Source: a virus | Lineage: Duplodnaviria; Heunggongvirae; Uroviricota; Caudoviricetes | IMG/VR virus record: IMGVR_UViG_2541047945_000005 | Reading direction: 5' to 3' (one strand) | DNA: 37,681 nucleotides | In this document: in pieces, positions 19,077 through 27,919 of the stretch | Layout: every line of letters begins with the position of its first letter | How positions within the stretch are numbered: position 1 is the stretch's first letter | Notes under the pieces: generated by a model | What the model was told of the DNA's origin: nothing | Database searches by the model: none | What the model saw: only the letters and a program-made list of their open reading frames with translations | Made by a program: the position numbers and the translations under genes

Positions 19077-19106
19077 GCGTCAATACGGTGCTCCGTTGAC
19101 GCTTAC

Positions 19107-19114
19107 CTTTAAAA
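19107..19114. repeat. 8-bp target-site duplication (right copy) CTTTAAAA
   Basis: Identical to 16567-16574. Confidence 0.85.
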
Positions 19115-19187
19115 ATGTGAATGGCTGACATTTTGCTGTCCCGCGTTATGTTGTCGGAGACAGTTTGTGAGAAATGCAGGCCCGGCG

Positions 19188-19207
19188 ATTTTAATCTGCT
19201 TTAGAAA
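19188..19207 (-). promoter_or_regulatory. conserved late-operon motif, copy 4 (upstream of the native start of gene I)
   Basis: gcgATTTTAATCTGCTTTAGAAAa, 56 nt upstream of the native I ATG at 19131. Confidence 0.45.
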
Positions 19208-19345
19208 ACATCAGGGGAGAAGGACAGGGAAAGCAATGCGGTGAACCGGAGGCGGTTATAAAACAGAGGCTGTAAAGCCTTTATAAAGGTAATACAGCCC
19301 CTCATTCTCTGGCAATGATAAATCACCCGCCTGAAGAGAGAAAAC

Positions 19346-19804
19346 TCAGCGACGGGCCGCTGATTCAAGATGGCGGACAATGGTATCGAGGATGGGGATT
19401 ACCACTTCAGGCTGTAGTTCTCCATCCCCCGTCACCGGCAGGAACGGGCGGGCCGGAAGTTCAACAGACTCATTACGCCCCGTTTTACCCCCGAACTGGT
19501 GAATGGCACCGTAAACAACGTTGGTCCCCACAACAGCCTGCCGGTCGTCATGGTCGGTTGATACTGACCCCATCAGACGCCCGGTATCCTGCAGTGTCTG
19601 CCCGTCACGTTCTTCCGCTGCCAGCGAGGGCATCCACCCCGGACGCCCCTCATCAAGAAAGTTAAACTGTGTTTCCGCCAGCAGGGTTCCGGCGATTTTG
19701 CGCATCGCGGGCTCCAGGTCTGTGGCAGCAAGATCCAGCGCACGGAGGCTCCGGCGCAGGGATTTATCGTTAATGGTGATACTGACCAGGTTATCGGAAG
19801 CCAT
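19346..19804 (-). CDS. virion morphogenesis protein (Mu G-like)
   Basis: 152 aa, follows the F-like gene. Confidence 0.6.
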   Translation of the reverse strand: MASDNLVSITINDKSLRRSLRALDLAATDLEPAMRKIAGTLLAETQFNFLDEGRPGWMPSLAAEERDGQTLQDTGRLMGSVSTDHDDRQAVVGTNVVYGAIHQFGGKTGRNESVELPARPFLPVTGDGELQPEVVIPILDTIVRHLESAARR

Positions 19805-19806
19805 TG

Positions 19807-20628
19807 TTATCCTCTCAGTTCCTGTTGTGCCAGTGGCTGAAGCGTACCCTGATAGCGGGCCAGGTCGGGACGGTATGCTGCCCCCGGTGCATAAGACCAG
19901 CCGACGTCGGTGGTCACCTTCGTGGTGCCGGTATTAAAGGTGGCCACGTTCCGCATTTCGCCGGTTTTCTCTGAGACCAGTTTCAGTTCCTGGCCCATGG
20001 CAGAGCCGGAGCTGATAACCTTCAGGCCACGGGCACGTACATCCGCCGCACTCAGGGCAATCACACTACAGCGGCAGCGCCAGCCGTTCGGCGGGTAAAA
20101 TGCCTGCCAGAACGGGTCATCCCAGCGCAGCACCAGACCATGCAGCGCCAGATGGCTCCTGCGGGTATGGCTGTCGTTGATGCCGGTATACATCCAGTAC
20201 GGCCTGTCGTCGACGTTTTCCATCTGTTCCGCCCAACGACCGGCGCTGTAGAGTACGGACATATTGGTGCGAAAGATGGTATCGAGCCGCCACGGACTGC
20301 CCTGCTGAATGGTGACCGGCTCACCCGTTACCGGGTCAGTCGTGTCACGTGGTCCCCACCATCCCTTACGCTTCAGCACCGGCTCCAGCTCCTGCCGGAA
20401 CCAGCGATCGGTTTTTCCTTCATCGACAGCCTGCTGCAGTGCCCCGCGAATATCTTCCAGGATATCCAGGCGGGTCACTTTAGCAACGGTAAAGGCGCGG
20501 GCATGGGCCTCCTGCCACATTTCTTCCCAGTCCCAGGTAATCTGATACCCTTTGGACTTCAGGTAGTTGATTGCCCGCTTCGGGGGAAGCGTCATGCAGT
20601 ACGCCAGTTCAGCCGTTGTCACGCTCAT
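19807..20628 (-). CDS. head morphogenesis protein (Mu F-like)
   Basis: 273 aa directly after the portal gene. Confidence 0.65.
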   Translation of the reverse strand: MSVTTAELAYCMTLPPKRAINYLKSKGYQITWDWEEMWQEAHARAFTVAKVTRLDILEDIRGALQQAVDEGKTDRWFRQELEPVLKRKGWWGPRDTTDPVTGEPVTIQQGSPWRLDTIFRTNMSVLYSAGRWAEQMENVDDRPYWMYTGINDSHTRRSHLALHGLVLRWDDPFWQAFYPPNGWRCRCSVIALSAADVRARGLKVISSGSAMGQELKLVSEKTGEMRNVATFNTGTTKVTTDVGWSYAPGAAYRPDLARYQGTLQPLAQQELRG

Positions 20629-22105
20629 GCAGACGCCCCCAGATATTTGTCACAAAGAGAATGCGGGCCAGCCGCTCCTGCAGATCGTCCGTGTTCATCT
20701 GAGGGTAGAGCTCCGCCAGTTCGCCCAGCAGCTCAGACGGGTTAACCCCATTTTCGACCCGCCTGAACAGAGGTGCCAGGACGGGTTCCAGCGTGCCATT
20801 TAACGCGCCTCCGTTCATCAGAATGTCCAGCGCGTCGTCAAGCTGCTGCTGAGCCTGAATATCAGCATCAATCGCCTCGGCAAATGACAGCGGCAGCATG
20901 TTATTCTGGCGTTCCGACGGTGGTGTCTCGTCAATATCGCCGTCCTGCAGTTGGTACTCACGCTTGAAGTACTGCGGGGTCAGACGCAGACCCGCCCGGG
21001 TGAGTTTTTCGTCGCGGGTGGCATGGGTGTCATCAATGGCCTCCTGTTCCCACATGGCCCAGACCGGACACGGCACATCGCCGAAGTTCAGGGTGACCAC
21101 CGTTCTGATGACCTGATTCACTGCCGCCTGAATGATGTCCGCATCCGCATCGCGGATATCAGCCGTTACCTCCAGCCCGGCCTGTGCAGAGGCCTTGTTA
21201 CTGTTCGCTTCCGTGGTCTGATTCTGACCGAGTAATGCAATGGAGATCTCACTGCGTGACAGTGTGATCAGCTCGCGAAATACCTCGCTGCTGTCTGCCT
21301 TGCCATCCGCTGCCCTGAGCTCAATACTGCTGTCATCGGGGATGGCGGCCACCGCGTCCTCCACCATCTGCTCCATGGAGTCCAGCAGTTTTTCAATCTC
21401 TGCATCATTTGCGCCCCTCGGGTGCTTACCGATCACCCACGGGGAGCCAAACTTTTCGGCAAAGCGGAGCCAGAATTTCATCCCGCCTTTCTTGAAGGCG
21501 ACCGGCCAGAAGCACATGGACAGGTCCGGGAAACCGTAAGGATTGTCATACGAGGCATCCTGTGCCGGCACCACGAATTTTGACGGTGACAGCAGCTCAC
21601 CCTCCACACCCGCATCACGCGCCCGGAAGCGCAGGCAGTTGTCCGTATCAAACTGAAACCACTCAGGCGGTTTGCCGACAATATCCGTCACCGCCCACGA
21701 CCTGACCGAACGGCCCCACATGATTTCACAGGGCTGATACCCGTAGAGCACGGCATCGCTCATTTCACCGATGATGCGGGACAGATCCAGATCGTCGAGC
21801 ATGTCGCGGATGAAACGGAAGACCCGGGCAGAGGCGTGACCACGCTCCAGTCCACGCTCCAGCGATTTGAGCGCTGCTTTACGTCTGCGGATACAGCCCC
21901 CGACCAGCGGGTCGGTGCGCAGTTCGCGGTAGATACGGATATCCCGTCCCTGAGCCTTGAGAATGGGATCAGGATTGGGCAGATACATGCCCAGTCCGTA
22001 AAAGTCGATCGCGCGGCTGCGGGAGGCAATCTGCGCGGTCAGTGATTTCTGAGGCTCAGAAAAAGCAACAAATTCATCGGGTGAAACCCAGATACCCCTC
22101 GCCAT
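20609..22105 (-). CDS. portal protein (Mu gp29-like)
   Basis: 498 aa, downstream of the large terminase with overlapping start/stop. Confidence 0.7.
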   Translation of the reverse strand: MARGIWVSPDEFVAFSEPQKSLTAQIASRSRAIDFYGLGMYLPNPDPILKAQGRDIRIYRELRTDPLVGGCIRRRKAALKSLERGLERGHASARVFRFIRDMLDDLDLSRIIGEMSDAVLYGYQPCEIMWGRSVRSWAVTDIVGKPPEWFQFDTDNCLRFRARDAGVEGELLSPSKFVVPAQDASYDNPYGFPDLSMCFWPVAFKKGGMKFWLRFAEKFGSPWVIGKHPRGANDAEIEKLLDSMEQMVEDAVAAIPDDSSIELRAADGKADSSEVFRELITLSRSEISIALLGQNQTTEANSNKASAQAGLEVTADIRDADADIIQAAVNQVIRTVVTLNFGDVPCPVWAMWEQEAIDDTHATRDEKLTRAGLRLTPQYFKREYQLQDGDIDETPPSERQNNMLPLSFAEAIDADIQAQQQLDDALDILMNGGALNGTLEPVLAPLFRRVENGVNPSELLGELAELYPQMNTDDLQERLARILFVTNIWGRLHERDNG

Positions 22106-23700
22106 CAGAATCCCTCCAGCATACGGGCCGCCTGACGACGACGGCGTGAGCTTGCCTTCACCGGCCCTTTGTTAATTTCACGGCTGGCGAAATACGCCAG
22201 CGCCAGTGCGATGGCTGAATCCCCGTGGCGTTTACCACCGTCAGCCTTTGCTTTTGAGCGTTGCTCCGGTACGCGGGGGACACCGTTCACCACCTGAACG
22301 GCCCGCAGGTCATCCAGTGTGTCTTCATCCTTTGGTAAGTCCACCAGGTTACCGTCTTCCAGTGCAGCTTTGACCGGAGGCATATGCTCCCGGTACCAGC
22401 CTTCGGTTGGCATCACCTGCTGAACCCGGCTGGAGCCGTAGCGCTGCATGGCGTATTCAGCCAGATAGGCACCATTACCACGGGCATCAAACGCTGCACC
22501 CAGCAGACCGGGCAGGCCATCCATCAGATACCAGGTGATTTGCTCCTGCTGTCTGAACGGCACGTTACGCAGCTCCAGTACGAATGGCACGCGTCGTACC
22601 AGGTTCTTCTCCTGCAGCAGGGGATAGTCCACCGACAAATCACCGCTACGGCCAAAGTCGCGCCCCAGGAAAGAGCGGGCATCAGTGGGGAGTGCCTCCA
22701 GCAAGGGTTTCAGATACTCATCAAGCCAGTCCTGCGTCTCGCGGAAGCGAACCTCATCAGACAGCAGTTCATAACCTTCCTTGCAGGTCAGACGCAATAC
22801 CGGCGTATCAGCGGACATGCGGGACTCTATCAGGGCACGGGACAGCCAGGCACCGCCACCGTTGGCCGGAATACAGTCAAGCTCTTCGGATGCGCCGGCA
22901 CCGTAGAATTTGTACACCGATGCCATCCAGGCTTGCTCGGATGCCTCCGACCATTCCTTCCCGGTGCGCAGACAGACGCGCCGGAACAGCCCCTCAGATA
23001 CGGCTTCCCGGAAAGTGATGCGATGTATGCTGCCTCCCTGACGTCCGGCACGGATATCCCCGATAAGCGTATTGAACGGATTGTCGTCACCGTCATGGGT
23101 GGAGATAACGCGTACCTTTCCCCCCCAGATAAGCATCGCCAGCGCCGCTTTCAGCAGTTCGTCCAGTTGCTCATGGAACGCCGCTTCGTCGATAACAATA
23201 ATACCCTGACGGCCACGCAGGTTAGACGGGCGGCTGGAGAGCGCAACAATACGAAAGCCGGAGTCAGGAAATTTGATGGTGTAAGTCTTGATGTGTTTGT
23301 CGTCGTCGTCCTCTTCCCAGAATCCTTCTTCAATTTCACTGGCCGCATAGTTGAATGCCCGTGCCCACATCGCACACGCCTGAATGTATTCGACGGTCAT
23401 GTCCTGGTTATAAGCGATGTAATACACATTCATCCCGCCTGCTGGCGCAGAAGAGGCGGCGGTCAGTACGTTATCGGATGCCTCAGCCCATGTAATACCG
23501 GTACGACGGCTCTTTTCTATCACCTTAAGCGGAGAGGTGTCTGCCACCCAGCGCTGCTGGTAAGGCAACAGAACGGGAGGGGCATCCAGCGCCGAGGTAT
23601 CAGGCAAAACGGGAGCAAGGTTATTCCTCCCGTCCATGGGACTCATCCCTTCGGGGCCGCCGCCAGCGGCGTTTAAAATCACTCCGGATGATTTTGTCAT
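22105..23700 (-). CDS. terminase large subunit (Mu gp28-like)
   Basis: 531 aa, upstream of the portal gene. Confidence 0.7.
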   Translation of the reverse strand: MTKSSGVILNAAGGGPEGMSPMDGRNNLAPVLPDTSALDAPPVLLPYQQRWVADTSPLKVIEKSRRTGITWAEASDNVLTAASSAPAGGMNVYYIAYNQDMTVEYIQACAMWARAFNYAASEIEEGFWEEDDDDKHIKTYTIKFPDSGFRIVALSSRPSNLRGRQGIIVIDEAAFHEQLDELLKAALAMLIWGGKVRVISTHDGDDNPFNTLIGDIRAGRQGGSIHRITFREAVSEGLFRRVCLRTGKEWSEASEQAWMASVYKFYGAGASEELDCIPANGGGAWLSRALIESRMSADTPVLRLTCKEGYELLSDEVRFRETQDWLDEYLKPLLEALPTDARSFLGRDFGRSGDLSVDYPLLQEKNLVRRVPFVLELRNVPFRQQEQITWYLMDGLPGLLGAAFDARGNGAYLAEYAMQRYGSSRVQQVMPTEGWYREHMPPVKAALEDGNLVDLPKDEDTLDDLRAVQVVNGVPRVPEQRSKAKADGGKRHGDSAIALALAYFASREINKGPVKASSRRRRQAARMLEGF

Positions 23701-24242
23701 GTGGCAATCCCCAGAATCTCGCGACGAAGCGCCTGTACTGCGTCGCTTGACAGTCCCCCCTTACGGGCAATTTTCTCGGCGTTGCTGGCTGCCTGCTGCG
23801 CTCTGGCCCGTACTTCAGACTGGAACTTTTTGAGGTTGACGGACGCGCGGGACAGCGTAGCCACATTCTTCGCCACCTTCGACAGCAGGGCCACGCGTTC
23901 TTTAGGATCGACTTCGCCTTCTTCCGCCTCCTGCAACTGGACAATACTCTCGAACAGCTCGGTCTGAATAAGGGCTATCACAGCCTCCGAACGCGCATCC
24001 TGATCGTCTGCTGCGCCTTCGGTCAGCATGCGGGCCGCTTCTGTTGCCGCACGGATAGCACCATAGCGGCGCTCAATCTTCTGTCCATAGCGATGGATAG
24101 CGGATTTGCTGATGACGTACCCCCGCTCACGCAGCAGGGACTCCAGCTCGTTATACCCGCTGAAGCCGGATTCAGTCAGCGCCCGTTCAAGCCAGCGGCG
24201 CACGTCTTCCGGCAGCTTTTCTATTGTGCTGCGTCTGGCCAT
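23697..24242 (-). CDS. putative terminase small subunit / DNA-binding protein (Mu gp27-like)
   Basis: 181 aa, basic N-terminus, precedes the large terminase. Confidence 0.55.
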   Translation of the reverse strand: MARRSTIEKLPEDVRRWLERALTESGFSGYNELESLLRERGYVISKSAIHRYGQKIERRYGAIRAATEAARMLTEGAADDQDARSEAVIALIQTELFESIVQLQEAEEGEVDPKERVALLSKVAKNVATLSRASVNLKKFQSEVRARAQQAASNAEKIARKGGLSSDAVQALRREILGIAT

Positions 24243-24553
24243 TATTCACTCCAGTACTTTTCCGGGCGGGCAATACCCGGACCACATTCCACGGTGTATT
24301 CCACCAGGTCTACGCCGAGGCGGGTCAGGTCAGCAAACCAGTCGCCAGAAGGTTTTTTCTCCAGATCAACCATTTTACGGTCAGCCAGATAATCCAGTTC
24401 GCGGCGCAGTTCCAGCGGTGTGGTGTCCGGGTAGATGGCACGGGACACATCCAGCAGCAGCGTCTCGCTGGCGGTGTAAGGGCGGGTCTTGTTCAGGGCA
24501 ACCAGCAGACTCCAGCGCAGGGATTCGCGGCGTACCCGGGTAATATCGACCAT
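24242..24553 (-). CDS. conserved hypothetical phage protein
   Basis: 103-aa ORF between lysis cassette and terminase genes. Confidence 0.4.
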   Translation of the reverse strand: MVDITRVRRESLRWSLLVALNKTRPYTASETLLLDVSRAIYPDTTPLELRRELDYLADRKMVDLEKKPSGDWFADLTRLGVDLVEYTVECGPGIARPEKYWSE

Positions 24554-24879
24554 TATTGACCTCCGGTATTGCGGTACTGCTGTACCACTTCCAGTTTGTT
24601 ATAAAGCGCGTCCAGTTTGGCCTCAATGACTGTCTGGCCACGGATATAATCCTCTCGACGGACATAATTCAGCGGTAAATCCGCTTTAAATCGCATAAAT
24701 TCTTTTTCCAGCTCGCCCCAGTTGGAGGCGGATTGTTGCAGGGCCTGTTCAAGGGAGGCGAATCGTGCCGCCTGGCGTTCTTCTGTTTTACTGAACAACC
24801 ATTTGGCGAGCCCTCCCACAAACCCCATGAAGGTGAGCAGAAAACTCACCACCGTCCAGAATTCAACCTGCAGTGTCAT
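24553..24879 (-). CDS. small membrane protein of the lysis cassette (possible releasin-like)
   Basis: 108 aa, N-terminal TM helix, follows the spanin genes. Confidence 0.45.
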   Translation of the reverse strand: MTLQVEFWTVVSFLLTFMGFVGGLAKWLFSKTEERQAARFASLEQALQQSASNWGELEKEFMRFKADLPLNYVRREDYIRGQTVIEAKLDALYNKLEVVQQYRNTGGQ

Positions 24880-25525
24880 TTCTGTAATCCTTCCCGTTCA
24901 TCCAGTAACGCGTTTATCTGGTTCCGCCAGCGACGACATTGTCCTGCGTTGTCGATGATGTTGGCGAGAACGTCACGCTGGGAGACACCCGAATCGCGTA
25001 ACCGGGTGTCAGTGGTTTCAGGTTGCCCGGTCGCTGTGCCAGAGCGGGTGCCAGCGGCGGCAACTGAGTCTGAATGACCGGTGTCGACGGATGCGTTGTC
25101 ATATCCGAGTGCGGCGTTGTACTGGCGCACGAAACCGCGAGTAAACACGCACTCAATGGGATGGCTCTTACCTTTTTCATCAATCCAGCGCTGTGTGACA
25201 TCGTTAATTTGCCCCTGTAGTTGTTTATTCCGGCTCTCCAGTTGAGCAATCTGCTCAAGATAACCGGCTTCAGCCCGCTGCCCGGCGGCCACCTGCTCCT
25301 GATACCGTCTGGCCCAGGCCCGCAGCGCAGCATTCTCAAGCGTTGCCTGCTCCGTTTTGTACGCGTCAAATGCTGACTGCAACTGACTGAGCGCGGTATC
25401 ACCGTCACGCTTTGCAGAGTCATGACCACTTCTGTATCCCATGGCATACAGGCCGACCAGAAAGGCATTGATAAGAATGGCCAGCAGAATGCCGCGCCAC
25501 GGCAGCTTTTTAATCAGATGCCACA
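24876..25525 (-). CDS. i-spanin (Rz-like)
   Basis: N-terminal TM helix then coiled-coil periplasmic domain; start assigned to a GTG with GGAGG upstream; contains an embedded lipoprotein ORF. Confidence 0.6.
24914..25180 (-). CDS. o-spanin (Rz1-like lipoprotein) embedded in the Rz gene in another frame
   Basis: MKKVRAIPLSACLLAVSCAS lipobox signal followed by Pro-rich sequence. Confidence 0.6.
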   Translation of the reverse strand: MKKVRAIPLSACLLAVSCASTTPHSDMTTHPSTPVIQTQLPPLAPALAQRPGNLKPLTPGYAIRVSPSVTFSPTSSTTQDNVVAGGTR

Positions 25526-26250
25526 CAACTGCTGCCTCCCCATGTGAGATATCGCGGTGCCAGTTCGCGCAGGATGCGCTGCGGATAATGGCGGTTCTCC
25601 CGCCAGCTGGCCGCATTGCGTCCGGCATTCACCGTGGCGACATGTCCGAACCAGCGGGTGCTGTCCAGACCTTTCTGTGATGCAAGCCGCCTGTCCCGTT
25701 GTACCCAGCCCAGACCACCGTTATAGCCCGACAGTGTCATGGCCATACGCTCGCAGTCACTGGCGGCGCTGACACGCTGCCACAGCCAGCGGTCATAGCT
25801 GACCAGCGCCCGGATAGCCCATGCCGGATTAAACGGCTCACGACTGCTCAGCATCGGTATCAACTGGCTTATCCAGTCGGCAGTGGCAGGCATGAACTGC
25901 GCCAGTCCCTGAGCGCCAGCCGGCGAGATCGCATCAGGTCGCCAGCCGCTTTCCTGATGCAGTTGCGCGGCGAAATCGGCCACCGGCGCAGACAGTCCCC
26001 ATTCAAGCCGGGCATTACGGATCACATCATCGCGATACTGCAGCGCAGCCTGCGGAGGTTGTGCTGCGCATGCCTGGCTGAAAAAGCCGCCACACCAGAG
26101 CAACATTGCGACAAAGAATACCCATGCCATATGAACCAGAAAGGTCCCGGCGCGGACTGACAGGCGTTCGGTTCTGATGAAGACCCGAAAGGCTTCGAAA
26201 GCCAGTTTCAGGGACATGCATACAATCCAGGTGATCTGCGGCCAGTTCAT
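25510..26250 (-). CDS. endolysin, lytic transglycosylase (SLT-like) with N-terminal signal-anchor
   Basis: QLHQESGWRPDAISPAGAQGLAQFMP matches the SLT active-site region; hydrophobic N-terminal segment. Confidence 0.7.
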   Translation of the reverse strand: MNWPQITWIVCMSLKLAFEAFRVFIRTERLSVRAGTFLVHMAWVFFVAMLLWCGGFFSQACAAQPPQAALQYRDDVIRNARLEWGLSAPVADFAAQLHQESGWRPDAISPAGAQGLAQFMPATADWISQLIPMLSSREPFNPAWAIRALVSYDRWLWQRVSAASDCERMAMTLSGYNGGLGWVQRDRRLASQKGLDSTRWFGHVATVNAGRNAASWRENRHYPQRILRELAPRYLTWGGSSCVASD

Positions 26251-26252
26251 GA

Positions 26253-26603
26253 TTAAAGCCCCATCGCAACAGCCAGGCAGACCGCTGCAACAATCAGTGC
26301 ACGGCGGATTAACGCAGCAGAAAACACCAGGTGAAGGCCGGTCTGTACCGGGAAACGCCCTTCAGCCATCAGCCTGTCGTCATGTTTCAGGTACTGACCG
26401 GGACGGGCTTTGGGGAAGAGCGAACGGTCAAGCCAGTAACCCAGCACTGCTGCCAGCGTGATGAGTGCCAGCTTGTAGATCACAACAGGCAGCTGCTGTG
26501 GTGAGACCAGAGCGATGGTGCCCAGCAACAGCACTGAGGTCAGCAGCCAGCCGCTGAGGCGAGGTTTTTTAACAGGGGGAATGAATTTTTTCAGGTTTTT
26601 CAT
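26253..26603 (-). CDS. holin-like membrane protein
   Basis: About 3 TM helices; start taken at ATG 26603 with GAGGAG upstream (ORF track extends to 26651). Confidence 0.5.
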   Translation of the reverse strand: MKNLKKFIPPVKKPRLSGWLLTSVLLLGTIALVSPQQLPVVIYKLALITLAAVLGYWLDRSLFPKARPGQYLKHDDRLMAEGRFPVQTGLHLVFSAALIRRALIVAAVCLAVAMGL

Positions 26604-26651
26604 GTGTGTCTCCTCGTTTGGTGGAGACAGCATCACAAATACAGGGCGCAA

Positions 26652-26675
26652 AGGATTTTAAAGCGCGTTAAGAGA
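26652..26675 (-). promoter_or_regulatory. conserved late-operon motif, copy 3 (candidate lysis/late promoter)
   Basis: aggATTTTAAAGCGCGTTAAGAGa, 49 nt upstream of the holin ATG. Confidence 0.5.
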
Positions 26676-26733
26676 GCCGGGGATACGGGATGTGCAGGAT
26701 AAACGATGAATTATTCACAGAGGAGAATACGAT

Positions 26734-27210
26734 ATGACGCACACACTGAATCCGGTCATCACTGTCACTGTGTCCGGTCCTGTGGGCAGCGGTAAAAGTT
26801 ACGTACTGGCGCGGATAGAAGAGATGGTGAAACAGGAACTCGGAAACAGCGTCATTGTCGATGCTGCTGACGTGGAGAATGAGCGCCGTATGAATGGCGA
26901 AGATCTGACGACCTGGCAGAAGCCACGGGGTGGCACAGTGATCAGGCTAGAGGAATACACGGGACAGGGCCTGTTGTCATACGGCGAGGAGCGTATCTGT
27001 CGGACGAATGAGCTGCTGGATGTTATATGCCCCACGGGCCGGCAACCCTGGATACTGCCCGATGCACTGCATGCCACCATTGCGGCACTGATGACAGTTT
27101 ACGATCAGGAGCTGCTCATGAAGGAGTTACGTAAACTCACCGGTCAGCCAACAGAATGTTGTTCGTCTCCGAAGTACGGCAAACAGGAAAACGCCCCGGA
27201 TAATCCTTAA
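26734..27210 (+). CDS. small P-loop protein, possibly a kinase-like fold
   Basis: Walker A GPVGSGKS at residues 15-22, acidic VIVDAADVE segment after it; GAGGAG 7 nt before ATG. Confidence 0.6.
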   Translation: MTHTLNPVITVTVSGPVGSGKSYVLARIEEMVKQELGNSVIVDAADVENERRMNGEDLTTWQKPRGGTVIRLEEYTGQGLLSYGEERICRTNELLDVICPTGRQPWILPDALHATIAALMTVYDQELLMKELRKLTGQPTECCSSPKYGKQENAPDNP

Positions 27211-27229
27211 GATACCTCCTGAACAGAAA

Positions 27230-27245
27230 CAGCCCTGAAGGGCTG
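27230..27245. terminator. GC-rich hairpin between convergent genes (putative bidirectional terminator)
   Basis: cagccc-tgaa-gggctg; A-run on plus side, T-rich on minus side. Confidence 0.4.
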
Positions 27246-27247
27246 CA

Positions 27248-27829
27248 CTAAAAAAAGAAGTGTATTATTGCCCAAACAGCTATAACGATGATTCCCAGCC
27301 CAAGAGCCGATTCTAACTTATCTTTGGCAGTCATTTTTACTGTTGTAGCGGGCGCAGGTAAGTCTTGCTGCTGTGGATTTTCTGTTAGTTGTTTACGAGA
27401 AGAAACATCGCCCCTATTAGTTTGCTTCATGTTGATTACAGATGCGTTATGGGCATTATCAGCAGCAATTGACTGAAGTTTTACAAAAGTTTTTGAATCT
27501 GTTTTAGCCAGAAGTAACCTATTTCCCGTAAACATTGCCTTAAAAGTGATAGTTTTTTTCGTCTTGTCCGCCGCACCAAGCAAACCTCCAATGACCAACC
27601 CTGCACCACCAAAGATTAATCCACCAAGCAAACCTGCGCCTGCCGCCTTACCTATACGGCTTTCCTCTTCACTATCCGCAAGTTCAATCGATAAAAGCTC
27701 TTCTTTCAGATTTAATACAATATTTTCAGGAAAGCCTTGTTTTGGTTTTTTGGCAAACACGATGGTACCGAACCCCATGCTTGCCCACCCTTTAGGAAAA
27801 CTTCCTGCGATAACCTGAATCCCTGCCAT
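27248..27829 (-). CDS. glycine-zipper membrane protein with C-terminal anchor, unknown function
   Basis: GKAAGAGLLGGLIFGGAGLVIGGLLGAA and C-terminal LGLGIIVIAVWAIIHFFF; AT-rich; start taken at the third ATG (ORF track 27838). Confidence 0.6.
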   Translation of the reverse strand: MAGIQVIAGSFPKGWASMGFGTIVFAKKPKQGFPENIVLNLKEELLSIELADSEEESRIGKAAGAGLLGGLIFGGAGLVIGGLLGAADKTKKTITFKAMFTGNRLLLAKTDSKTFVKLQSIAADNAHNASVINMKQTNRGDVSSRKQLTENPQQQDLPAPATTVKMTAKDKLESALGLGIIVIAVWAIIHFFF

Positions 27830-27919
27830 GTTCATCACCTTTTACATTAAAATTTCAGAACGCAGCATGATGCCGCCTTTGTCTTTTTTCTGATCCCATG
27901 GTAATTCAGCTGTTATTTT

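Larger units (their letters stand above)
16575..19106 (+). mobile_element. IS66-family insertion sequence (2532 bp)
   Basis: Three-ORF tnpA-tnpB-tnpC layout; imperfect terminal inverted repeats starting GTAAGCGT (22/30 match); 8-bp flanking duplication. Confidence 0.85.

Noticed and set aside
19077-19106. Palindrome taagcgtcaa ... ttgacgcttac read as a possible terminator after tnpC
   Set aside because: Better explained as the right terminal inverted repeat of the IS66 element; it matches the left end at 16575-16604 and abuts the target duplication.
22384-23676. 430-aa plus-strand ORF and other long antisense ORFs across the terminase and portal genes
   Set aside because: They oppose the colinear late operon and have no RBS; likely a by-product of GC-rich coding sequence.
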